Positions 38,101 through 51,100 of a stretch of 64,000 nucleotides of DNA are shown piece after piece. The DNA lies in contig OZ024740.1 in NCBI GenBank assembly GCA_964016885.1, forward strand, positions 251,782,001 through 251,846,000, written 5' to 3'. Within the stretch, counting starts at the first letter, position 1; each line of letters begins with the position of its first letter. The notes under the pieces are model-generated. The model saw only the letters and a program-made list of their open reading frames with translations, had not been told where the DNA came from and did not search any database. The position numbers and the translations under genes are program-made. This stretch comes from Eledone cirrhosa. Its lineage: Eukaryota.

Positions 38101-41100
38101 CCTTGATTTTTTTTACAAATTATCTCCCCCTGATTTTTTTTACAAATATCCCAGTGATTTTTTTAAAAAAATTATCTCCCCTTCGCTGGCTGGAAATTAT
38201 CTCCCCTTGGACGCTGGAAATTATAGCCCCTTGGAGGGCTGGAAATTATCTTCCCTTGGACGGCTGGAAATTATCTCCCCTTGATTTTTTTTACAAATTA
38301 TCTCCCCCTGATTTTTTTTTTCAAATTATCTCCCCCTGATTTTTTTTTACAAATTATCTCCCCCTGATTTTTTTTTACAACTTATCTCCGCCTGATTTTT
38401 TTTAAAAAATCATCTCCCCTTGGACGGCTGGAAATTATCTCCCCTTGGACGGCTGGAAATTATCTCTCCTTGGACGGCTAGAAATTACCTCTCCTTGGAC
38501 AATTGAAAATTATCTCCCCTTGGACGGCTGGAAATTATCTCCCCTTGATTTATTTTACAAATTATCTCCCCCTGATTTTTTTTACAAATTATCTCCCCTG
38601 ATTTTTTTTTACAAATTATCTCCCCCTGATTTTTTTTTACAAATTATCTCCCCCTGATTTTTTTTACAAATTATCTCCCCCTGATTTTTTTACAAATTAT
38701 CTCCCCTTGGCTGGCTGGAAATTATCTCCCCTTGGAGGCAGGAATTTATCTCCCCTTGGACGGGTAGAAATTACCTCTCCTTGGACGGCTGGAAAATATG
38801 TCTCCTTGGACGGCTGGAAATTATCTCCCCTTGGACGGCTGGAAATTATCTCCCCTTGGACGGCTGGAAATTATCTCCCCTTGGACGGCTAGAAATTACT
38901 TCTCCTTGGACGGCTGAAAATTATCTCCCCTTGGACGGCTGGAAATTATCTCCCCTTGATTTTTTTACAAATTATCTCCCCCTGATTTTTTTTTACAAAT
39001 TATCTCCCCCTGATTTTTTTTACAAATTATCTCCCCCTGATTTTTTTTACAAATTATCTCGCCCTGATTTTTTTTACAAATTATCTCCGCCTGATTTTTT
39101 TAAATATTATCTCTCCTTGGCTGGCGGGAAATTATCTCCCCTTGGACGGCTGCAAATTATCTCCGCTTGATTTTTTTTACAAATTATCTCCCCCTGATTT
39201 TTTTTTAAAAATTATCTCCCCCTGATTTTTTTTACAAATTATCTCCCCTGATTTTTTTTTACAAATTATCTCCCCCTGATTTTTTTTTACAAATTATCTC
39301 CCCCTGATTTTTTTTTTACAAATTATCTCCCCCTGATTTTTTTACAAATTATCTCCCCCTGATTTTTTTTACAATCTCCGCCTGATTTTTTTAAAAATTA
39401 TCTTCCCTTGGCTGGCGGGAAATTATCTCCCCTTGGACGGCTGGAAATTATCTCCCCTTGGAAGGATGGAAATTATCTCCCCTTGGACGGCTGGAAATTA
39501 TCTCCCCTTGCACGGCTGGAAATTATCTCCCCTTGGCTGGAAATTATCTCCCCTTGGACGGCTAGAAATTATCTCTCTTTGGATGGCTGGAAATTATCTC
39601 CCTTTGATTTTTTTTACAAATTATCTCCCTCTGATTTTTTTTACAAATCTCCCCCTGATTTTTTTTTACAAATTATCTCCCCCTGATTTTTTTTACAAAC
39701 TATCTCCCCCTGATTTTTTTACAAATTATCTCCCCTTGGCTGGCTGGAAATTATCTCCCCTTGGAGGCTGGAATTTATCTCCCCTTGGACGGCTAGAAAT
39801 TACCTCTCCTTGGACGGCTGGAAAATATGTCTCCTTGGACGGCTGGAAATTATCTCCCCTTGGACGGCTGGAAATTACCTCTCCTTGGACGGCTGAAAAT
39901 TATCTCCCCTTGGACGGCTGGAAATTATCTCCCCTTGATTTTTTTACAAATTATCTCCCCCTGATTTTTTTTTTACAAATTATCTCCCCCTGATTTTTTT
40001 TACAAATTATCTACGCCTGATTTTTTTAAATATTATCTCTCCTTGGCTGGCGGGAAATTATCTCCCCTTGGACGGCTGGAAATTATCTCCCCTTGGAAGG
40101 ATGGAAATTATCTCCCCTTGGACGGCTGGAAATTATCTCCCCTTGCACTGCTGGAAATTATCTCCCCTTGGACGGCTGGAAATTATCTGCCCTTGATTTT
40201 GTTTTTACAAATTATCTTCCCCTGATTATTTTTACAAATTATCTCCACCTGATTTTTTAAAAAATTATCTCCCCTTGGACGGCTGGAAATTATCTCCCCT
40301 TGGCTGGAAATTATCTCCCCTTGGACGGCTAGAAATTATCTCTCTTTGGACGGCTGGAAATTATCTCCCCTTGATTTTTTTTACAAATTATCTCCGCCTG
40401 ATTTTTTTTACAAATTATCCCCCCATGATTTTTAAAAAAAAAATTATCTCCCCTTCGCTGGCTGGAAATTATCTCCCCTTGGACGCTGGAAATTATAGCC
40501 CCTTGGAGGGCTGGAAATTATCTTCCCTTGGACGGCTGGAAATTATCTCCCCTTGATTTTTTTTACAAATTATCTCCCCCTGATTTTTTTTACAAATTAT
40601 CTCCCCCTGATTTTTTTTTTACAAATTATCTCCGCCTGATTTTTTTAAAAAAATTATCTCCCCTTGGACGGCTGGAAATTATCTCCCCTTGGACGGCTGG
40701 AAATTATCTCCCGTTGGACGGCTAGAAATTACCTCTCCTTGGACGGCTGAAAATTATCTCCCCTTGGACGGCTGCAAATTATCTCCCCTTGATTTTTTTT
40801 ACAAATTATCCCCCCATGATTTTTAAAAAAAAAATTATCTCCCCTTCGCTGGCTGGAAATTATCTCCCCTTGGACGCTGGAAATTATAGCCCCTTGGAGG
40901 GCTGGAAATTATCTTCCCTTGGACGGCTGGAAATTATCTCCCCTTGGACGGCTGGAAATTATCTCCCCTTGGACGGCTGGAAATTATCTCGCCTTGGACG
41001 GCTAGAAATTACCTCTCCTTGGACGGCTGAAAATTATCTCCCCTTGGACGGCTGCAAATTATCTCCCCTTGATTTTTTTTACAAATTATCTCCCCCTGAT

Positions 41101-43000
41101 TTTTTTTACAAATTATCTCCCCCTGATTTTTTTTACAAATTATCTCCCCCTGATTTTTTTTTACAAATTATCTCCCCCTGATTTTTTTTCCAAATTATCT
41201 CCCCCTGATTTTTTTTACAAATTATCTCCCCCTGATTTTTTTTACAAATTATCTCCCCCTGATTTTTTTTACAATCTCCGCCTGATTTTTTAAAAAATTA
41301 TCTTCCCTTGGCTGGCGGGAAATTATCTCCCCTTGGACGGCTGGAAATTATCTCCCCTTGGACGGCTAGAAATTATCTCTCTTTGGACGGCTGGAAATTA
41401 TCTCCCCTTGATTTTTTTTACAAATTATCTCCCCCTGATTTTTTTTACAAATTATCCCCGCATGATTTTAAAAAAAAAATTATCTCCCCTTCGCTGGCTG
41501 GAAATTATCTCCCCTTGGACGCTGGAAATTATAGCCCCTTGGAGGGCTGGAAATTATCTTCCCTTGGACGGCTGGAAATTATCTCCCCTTAATTTTTTTT
41601 ACAAATTATCTCCCCCTGATTTTTTTTTACAAATTATCTCCCCCTGATTTTTTTTTACAAATTATCTCCCCCTGATTTTTTTTTTTACAAATTATCTCCG
41701 CCTGATTTTTAAAAAAAAATTATCTCCCCTTGGACGGCTGGAAATTATCTCCCCTTGGACGGCTGGAAATTATCTCCCCTTGGACGGCTAGAAATTACCT
41801 CTCCTTGGACGGCTGAAAATTATCTCCCCTTGGACGGCTGCAAATTATCTCCCCTTGATTTTTTTTACAAATTATCTCCCCCTGATTTTTTTTACAAATT
41901 ATCTCCCCCTGATTTTTTTTACAAATTATCTCCCCCTGATTTTTTTTTACAAATTATCTCCCCCTGATTTTTTTTTACAAATTATCTCCCCCTGATTTTT
42001 TTTACAAATTATCTCCCCCTGATTTTTTTTACAAATTATCTCCCCCTGATTTTTTTTTACAAATTATCTCCCCTTGATTTTTTTTTACAAATTATCTGCC
42101 CCTGATTTTTTTTTTACAAATTATCTCCCCCTGATTTTTTTACAAATTATCTCCCCCTGATTTTTTTTACAAATTATCTCCCGCTGATTTTTTTTACAAA
42201 TTATCTCCCCTTGATTTTTTTTTACAAATTATCTCCCCTTGATTTTTTTTTACAAATTATCTCCCCCTGATTTTTTTTTTACAAATTATCTCCCCCTGAT
42301 TTTTTTAAAAATTATCTTCCCTTGGCTGGCGGGAAATTATCTCCCCTTGGACGGCTGGAAATTATCTCCCCTTGGAAGGATGTAAATTATCTCCCCTTGG
42401 ACGGCTGGAAATTATCTCCCCTTGCACGGCTGGAAATTATCTCCCCTTGATTTTTTTTAGAAATTATCTCCCCCTGATTTTTTTTTACAAATTATCTCCC
42501 CCTGATTTTTTTTTACAAATTATCTCCCCCTGATTTTTTTTACAAATTATCTCCCCCTGATTTTTAAAAAAAAAATTATCTCCCCTTCGCTGGCTGGAAA
42601 TTATCTCCCCTTGGACGCTGGAAATTATAGCCCCTTGGAGGGCTGGAAATTATCTTCCCTTGGACGGCTGGAAATTATCTTCCCTTGGACGGCTGGAAAT
42701 TATCTCCCCTTGATTTTTTTTACAAATTATCTCCCCCTGATTTTTTTTTACAAATTATCTCCCCCTGATTTTTTTTACAAATTATCTACCCCTGATTTTT
42801 TTTACAAATTATCTCCCCCTGATATTTTTTTACAAATTATCTCCCTCTGATTTTTTTTTACAAATTATCTCCCCCTGATTTTTTTTTTACAAATTATCTC
42901 CCCCTGATTTTTTTACAAATTATCTCCCCCTGATTTTTTTTACAATCTCCGCCTGATTTTTTAAAAAATTATCTTCCCTTGGCTGGCGGGAAATTATCTC
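32141..43000 (+). repeat. Older, more diverged ~5.8-6.05-kb higher-order repeat in the proximal part of domain 2
   Basis: Offsets 32243/38028 = 5,785; 32894/38707 = 5,813; 33356/39408 = 6,052; 35738/41755 = 6,017; 36566/42611 = 6,045. Rare markers AATATCCCAGTGA (~32360, ~38145) and GGACAATTGA (~32684, ~38497) are shared. Confidence 0.8.
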
Positions 43001-46000
43001 CCCTTGGACGGCTGGAAATTATCTCCCCTTGGACGGCTAGAAATTATCTCTCTTTGGACGGCTGGAAATTATCTCCCCTTGATTTTTTTTACAAATTATC
43101 TCCCCCTGATTTTTTTTACAAATTATCCCCGCATGATTTTTAAAAAAAAAATTATCTCCCCTTCGCTGGCTGGAAATTATCTCCCCTTGGACGCTGGAAA
43201 TTATAGCCCCTTGGAGGGCTGGAAATTATCTTCCCTTGGACGGCTGGAAATTATCTCCCCTTGATTTTTTTTACAAATTATCTCCCCCTGATTTTTTTTT
43301 ACAAATTATCTCCCCCTGATTTTTTTTTACAAATTATCTCCCCCTGATTTTTTTTTTTACAAATTATCTCCGCCTGATTTTTAAAAAAAAATTATCTCCC
43401 CTTGGACGGCTGGAAATTATCTCCCCTTGGACGGCTGGAAATTATCTCACCTTGGACGGCTAGAAATTACCTCTCCTTGGACGGCTGAAAATTATCTCCC
43501 CTTGGACGGCTGCAAATTATCTCCCCTTGATTTTTTTTACAAATTATCTCCCCCTGATTTTTTTTACAAATTATCTCCCCCTGATTTTTTTTACAAATTA
43601 TCTCCCCCTGATTTTTTTTTACAAATTATCTCCCCCTGATTTTTTTTTACAAATTATCTCCCCCTGATTTTTTTTACAAATTATCTCCCCCTGATTTTTT
43701 TTACAAATTATCTCCCCCTGATTTTTTTTTACAAATTATCTCCCCTTGATTTTTTTTTACAAATTATCTCCCCCTGATTTTTTTTTACAAATTATCTCCC
43801 CCTGATTTTTTTACAAATTATCTCCCCCTGATTTTTTTTACAAATTATCTCCCCCTGATTTTTTTTACAAATTATCTCCCCTTGATTTTTTTTTACAAAT
43901 TATCTCCCCCTGATTTTTTTTTTACAAATTATCTCCCCCTGATTTTTTTAAAAATTATCTTCCCTTGGCTGGCGGGAAATTATCTCCCCTTGGACGGCTG
44001 GAAATTATCTCCCCTTGGAAGGATGTAAATTATCTCCCCTTGGACGGCTGGAAATTATCTCCCCTTGCACGGCTGGAAATTATCTCCCCTTGATTTTTTT
44101 TACAAATTATCTCCCCCTGATTTTTTTTTACAAATTATCTCCCCCTGATTTTTTTTTACAAATTATCTCCCCCTGATTTTTTTTACAAATTATCTCCCCC
44201 TGATTTAAAAAAAAAAAATTATCTCCCCTTCGCTGGCTGGAAATTATCTCCCCTTGGACGCTGGAAATTATAGCCCCTTGGAGGGCTGGAAATTATCTTC
44301 CCTTGGACGGCTGGAAATTATCTTCCCTTGGACGGCTGGAAATTATCTCCCCTTGATTTTTTTTACAAATTATCTCCCCCTGATTTTTTTTTACAAATTA
44401 TCTCCCCCTGATTTTTTTTACAAATTATCTCCCCCTGATTTTTTTTACAATCTCCGCCTGATTTTTTAAAAAATTATCTTACCTTGGCTGGCGGGAAATT
44501 ATCTCCCCTTGGACGGCTGGAAATTATCTCCCCTTGGACGGCTAGAAATTATCTCTCTTTGGACGGCTGGAAATTATCTCCCCTTGATTTTTTTTACAAA
44601 TTATCTCCCCCTGATTTTTTTTACAAATTATCCCTGCATGATTTTTAAAAAAAAAATTATCTCCCCTTCGCTGGCTGGAAATTATCTCCCCTTGGACGCT
44701 GGAAATTATAGCCCCTTGGAGGGCTGGAAATTATCTTCCCTTGGACGGCTGGAAATTATCTCCCCTTAATTTTTTTTACAAATTATCTCCCCCTGATTTT
44801 TTTTTACAAATTATCTCCCCCTGATTTTTTTTTACAAATTATCTCCCCCTGATTTTTTTTTTTACAAATTATCTCCGCCTGATTTTTAAAAAAAAATTAT
44901 CTCCCCTTGGACGGCTGGAAATTATCTCCCCTTGGACGGCTGGAAATTATCTCCCCTTGGACGGCTAGAAATTACCTCTCCTTGGACGGCTGAAAATTAT
45001 CTCCCCTTGGACGGCTGCAAATTATCTCCCCTTGATTTTTTTTACAAATTATCTCCCCCTGATTTTTTTTACAAATTATCTCCCCCTGATTTTTTTTACA
45101 AATTATCTCCCCCTGATTTTTTTTTACAAATTATCTCCCCCTGATTTTTTTTTACAAATTATCTCCCCCTGATTTTTTTTACAAATTATCTCCCCCTGAT
45201 TTTTTTTACAAATTATCTCCCCCTGATTTTTTTTTACAAATTATCTCCCCTTGATTTTTTTTTACAAATTATCTGCCCCTGATTTTTTTTTTACAAATTA
45301 TCTCCCCCTGATTTTTTTACAAATTTTCTCCCCCTGATTTTTTTTACAAATTATCTCCCCCTGATTTTTTTTACAAATTATATCCCCTTGATTTTTTTTA
45401 CAAATTATCTCCCCTTGATTTTTTTTTACAAATTATCTCCCCCTGATTTTTTTAAAAATTATCTTCCCTTGGCTGGCGGGAAATTATCTCCCCTTGGACG
45501 GCTGGAAATTATCTCCCCTTGGAAGGATGTAAATTATCTCCCCTTGGACGGCTGGAAATTATCTCCCCTTGCACGGCTGGAAATTATCTCCCCTTGATTT
45601 TTTTTACAAATTATCTCCCCCTGATTTTTTGTTACAAATTATCTCCCCCTGATTTTTTTTTACAAATTATCTCCCCCTGATTTTTTTTACAAATTATCTC
45701 CCCCTGATTTTTAAAAAAAAAATTATCTCCCCTTCGCTGGCTGGAAATTATCTCCCCTTGGACGCTGGAAATTATAGCCCCTTGGAGGGCTGGAAATTAT
45801 CTTCCCTTGGACGGCTGGAAATTATCTTCCCTTGGACGGCTGGAAATTATCTCCCCTTGATTTTTTTTACAAATTATCTCCCCCTGATTTTTTTTTACAA
45901 ATTATCTCCCCCTGATTTTTTTTACAAATTATCTACCCCTGATTTTTTTTACAAATTATCTCCCCCTGATTTTTTTTTACAAATTATCTCCCTCTGATTT

Positions 46001-48170
46001 TTTTTTACAAATTATCTCCCCCTGATTTTTTTTTTACAAATTATCTCCCCCTGATTTTTTTACAAATTATCTCCCCCTGATTTTTTTTACAATCTCCGCC
46101 TGATTATTTAAAAAATTATCTCCCCTTCGCTGGCTGGAAATTATCTCCCCTTGGACGCTGGAAATTATAGCCCCTTGGAGGGCTGGAAATTATCTCCCCT
46201 TGATTTTTTTTACAAATTATCTCCCCCTGATTTTTTTTTACAAATTATCTCCCCCTGATTTTTTTTTACAAATTATCTCCCCCTGATTTTTTTTTTTACA
46301 AATTATCTCCGCCTGATTTAAAAAAAAAAATTATCTCCCCTTGGACGGCTGGAAATTATCTCCCCTTGGACGGCTGGAAATTATCTCCCCTTGGACGGCT
46401 AGAAATTACCTCTCCTTGGACGGCTGAAAATTATCTCCCCTTGGACGGCTGCAAATTATCTCCCCTTGATTTTTTTTACAAATTATCTCCCCCTGATTTT
46501 TTTTACAAATTATCTCCTCCTGATTTTTTTTTACAAATTATCTCCCCCTGATTTTTTTTTACAAATTATCTCCCCCTGATTTTTTTTACAAATTATCTCC
46601 CCCTGATTTTTTTTACAAATTATCTCCCCCTGATTTTTTTTTACAAATTATCTCCCCTTGATTTTTTTTTACAAATTATCTCCCCCTGATTTTTTTTTTA
46701 CAAATTATCTCCCCCTGATTTTTTTACAAATTATCTCCCCCTGATTTTTTTTACAAATTATCTCCCCCTGATTTTTTTTACAAATTATCTCCCCTTGATT
46801 TTTTTTTACAAATTATCTCCCCCTGATTTTTTTTTTACAAATTATCTCCCCCTGATTTTTTTAAAAATTATCTTCCCTTGGCTGGCGGGAAATTATCTCC
46901 CCTTGGACGGCTGGAAATTATCTCCCCTTGGAAGGATGTAAATTATCTCCCCTTGGACGGCTGGAAATTATCTCCCCTTGCACGGCTGGAAATTATCTCC
47001 CCTTGATTTTTTTTACAAATTATCTCCCCCTGATTTTTTTTTACAAATTATCTCCCCCTGATTTTTTTTTACAAATTATCTCCCCCTGATTCTTTTTACA
47101 AATTATCTCCCCCTGATTTAAAAAAAAAAAATTATCTCCCCTTCGCTGGCTGGAAATTATCTCCCCTTGGACGCTGGAAATTATAGCCCCTTGGAGGGCT
47201 GGAAATTATCTTCCCTTGGACGGCTGGAAATTATCTTCCCTTGGACGGCTGGAAATTATCTCCCCTTGATTTTTTTTACAAATTATCTCCCCCTGATTTT
47301 TTTTTACAAATTATCTCCCCCTGATTTTTTTTTACAAATTATCTCCCCCTGATTTTTTTTTTACAAATTATCTCCGCTTGATTTTTTAAAAAAAATTATC
47401 TCCCCTTGGACGGCTGGAAATTATCTCCCCTTGGACGGCTGGAAATTATCTCCCCTTGGACGGCTAGAAATTATCTCTCCTTGGACGGCTGAAAATTATC
47501 TCCCCTTGGACGGCTGCAAATTATCTCCCCTTTATTTTTTTTACAAATTATCTCCCCCTGATTTTTTTTTACAAATTATCTCCCCCTGATTTTTTTTTAC
47601 AAATTATCTCCCCTTGATTTTTTTTTACAAATTATCTCCCCCTGATTTTTTTTTTACAAATTATCTCCCCCTGATTTTTTTACAAATTATCTCCCCCTGA
47701 TTTTTTTTACAAATTATCTCCCCCTGATTTTTTTTACAAATTATCTCCCCTTGATTTTTTTTTACAAATTATCTCCCCCTGATTTTTTTTTTACAAATTA
47801 TCTCCCCCTGATTTTTTTAAAAATTATCTTCCCTTGGCTGGCGGGAAATTATCTCCCCTTGGACGGCTGGAAATTATCTCCCCTTGGAAGGATGTAAATT
47901 ATCTCCCCTTGGACGGCTGGAAATTATCTCCCCTTGCACGGCTGGAAATTATCTCCCCTTGATTTTTTTTACAAATTATCTCCCCCTGATTTTTTTTTAC
48001 AAATTATCTCCCCCTGATTTTTTTTTACAAATTATCTCCCCCTGATTTTTTTTACAAATTATCTCCCCCTGATTTTTAAAAAAAAAATTATCTCCCCTTC
48101 GCTGGCTGGAAATTATCTCCCCTTGGACGCTGGAAATTATAGCCCCTTGGAGGGCTGGAAATTATCTTCC
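41280..48170 (+). repeat. Local ~1.4-1.7-kb and 956-bp sub-repeats within domain 2
   Basis: Offsets 41755/43427 = 1,672; 43427/44932 = 1,505; 44254/45758 = 1,504; 45758/47167 = 1,409; 47167/48123 = 956. The 956 offset also appears at 54068/55024 and 61234/62190. Confidence 0.75.
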
Positions 48171-51100
48171 CTTGGACGGCTGAAAATTATCTCCCCTTGG
48201 ACGGCTGCAAATTATCTCCCCTTTATTTTTTTTACAAATTATCTCCCCCTGATTTTTTTTTACAAATTATCTCCCCCTCATTTTTTTACAAATTATCTAC
48301 CCCTGATTTTTTTTACAAATTATCTCCCCCTGATTTTTTTTTACAAATTATCTCCCTCTGATTTTTTTTACAAATTATCTCCCCCTGATTTTTTTTTTAC
48401 AAATTATCTCCCCCTGATTTTTTTAAAAATTATCTCCCCCTGATTTTTTTACAATCTCCGCCTGATTTTTTTAAAAATTATCTTCCCTTGGCTGGCGGGA
48501 AATTATCTCCCCTTGGACGGCTGGAAATTATCTCCCCTTGGAAGGATGGAAATTATCTCCCCTTGGACGGCTGGATATTATCTCCCCTTGCACGGCTGGA
48601 AATTATCTCCCCTTGGCTGGAAATTATCTCCCCTTGGACGGCTAGAAATTATCTCTCTTTGGACGGCTGGAAATTATCTCCGTTTGATTTTTTTTACAAA
48701 TTATCTCCCTCTGATATTTTTTACAAATCTCCCCCTGATTTTTTAAAAAAAATTATCTCCCCTTCGCTGGCTGGAAATTATCTCCCCTTGGACACTGGAA
48801 ATTATAGCCCCTTGGAGGGCTGGAAATTATCTTCCCTTGGACGGCTGGAAATTATCTCCCCTTGATTTTTTTTACAAATTATCTCCGCCTGATTTTTTTT
48901 AAAAATTATCTCTCCTTGGACGGCTGGAAATTATCTCCCCTTGATTTTTTTTACAAATTATCTCCCCCTGATTTTTTTTACAAATTATCTCCCCCTGATT
49001 TTTTTTTACAAATTATCTACCACTGATTTTTTTTACAAATTATCTCCCCCTGATTTTTTTTACAAATTATCTCCCCCTGATTTTTCTTTTACAAATTATC
49101 TCCCCCTGATTTTTTTACAAATTATCTCCCCCTGATTTTTTTTACAAATTATCTCCGCCTGATTTTTTTAAATATTATCTTCCCTTGGCTGGCGGGAAAT
49201 TATCTCCCCTTGGACGGCTGGAAATTATCTGCCCTTGATTTTGTTTTTACAAATTATCTTCCACTGATTTTTTTTACAAATTATCTCCACCTGATTTTTT
49301 TAAAAATTATCTCCCCTTGGAAGGCTGGAAATTATCTCCCCTTGGACGGCTAGAAATTATCTCTCTTTGGACGGCTGGAAATTATCTCCCCTTGATTTTT
49401 TTTACAAATTATCTCCCCCTGATTTTTTTTACAAATATCCCAGTGATTTTTTTTAAAAAATTATCTCCCCTTCGCTGGCTGGAAATTATCTCCCCTTGGA
49501 CGCTGGAAATTATAGCCCCTTGGAGGGCTGGAAATTATCTTCCCTTGGACGGCTGGAAATTATCTCCCCTTGATTTTTTTTACAAATTATCTCCCCCTGA
49601 TTTTTTTTTACAAATTATCTCCCCCTGATTTTTTTTTACAAATTATCTCCCCCTGATTTTTTTTACAACTTATCTCCGCCTGATTTTTTTTAAAAAATCA
49701 TCTCCCCTTGGACGGCTGGAAATTATCTCCCCTTGGACGGCTGGAAATTATCTCTCCTTGGACGGCTAGAAATTACCTCTCCTTGGACAATTGAAAATTA
49801 TCTCCCCTTGGACGGCTGGAAATTATCTCCCCTTGATTTTTTTTACAAATTATCTCCCCCTGATTTTTTTTACAAATTATCTCCCCTGATTTTTTTTTAC
49901 AAATTATCTCCCCCTGATGTTTTTTTACAAATTATCTCCCCCTGATTTTTTTTACAAATTATCTCCCCCTGATTTTTTTACAAATTATCTCCCCTTGGCT
50001 GGCTGGAAATTATCTCCCCTTGGAGGCAGGAATTTATCTCCCCTTGGACGGCTAGAAATTACCTCTCCTTGGACGGCTGGAAAATATGTCTCCTTGGACG
50101 GCTGGAAATTATCTCCCCTTGGACGGCTGGAAATTATCTCCCCTTGGACGGCTGGAAATTATCTCCCCTTGGACGGCTAGAAATTACCTCTCCTTGGACG
50201 GCTGAAAATTATCTCCCCTTGGACGGCTGGAAATTATCTCCCCTTGATTTTTTTACAAATTATCTCCCCCTGATTTTTTTTTACAAATTATCTCCCCCTG
50301 ATTTTTTTTACAAATTATCTCCCCCTGATTTTATTTACAAATTATCTCCCCCTGATTTTTTTTACAAATTATCTCCGCCTGATTTTTTTAAATATTATCT
50401 CTCCTTGGCTGGCGGGAAATTATCTCCCCTTGGACGGCTGCAAATTATCTCCGCTTGATTTTTTTTACAAATTATCTCCCCCTGATTTTTTTTTACAAAT
50501 TATCTCCCCCTGATTTTTTTTACAAATTATCTCCCCCTGATTTTTTTTACAAATTATCTCCCCCTGATTTTTTTTTACAAATTATCTCCCCTTGATTTTT
50601 TTTTACAAATTATCTCCCCCTGATTTTTTTTTTACAAATTATCTCCCCCTGATTTTTTTACAAATTATCTCCCCCTGATTTTTTTTACAAATTATCTCCC
50701 CCTGATTTTTTTTACAAATTATCTCCCCTTGATTTTTTTTTACAAATTATCTCCCCCTGATTTTTTTTTTACAAATTATCTCCCCCTGATTTTTTTAAAA
50801 ATTATCTTCCCTTGGCTGGCGGGAAATTATCTCCCCTTGGACGGCTGGAAATTATCTCCCCTTGGAAGGATGTAAATTATCTCCCCTTGGACGGCTGGAA
50901 ATTATCTCCCCTTGCACGGCTGGAAATTATCTCCCCTTGATTTTTTTTACAAATTATCTCCCCCTGATTTTTTTTTACAAATTATCTCCCCCTGATTTTT
51001 TTTTACAAATTATCTCCCCCTGATTTTTTTTACAAATTATCTCCCCCTGATTTAAAAAAAAAAAATTATCTCCCCTTCGCTGGCTGGAAATTATCTCCCC

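Noticed and set aside
37197-50458. ~11,290-bp offset in domain 2, close to the 11,283-bp period of domain 1
   Set aside because: The same markers recur at spacings of 5,785, ~11,290, 7,166 and 7,166. The 11.29-kb value occurs once and results from internal sub-duplications, so it is probably coincidence.
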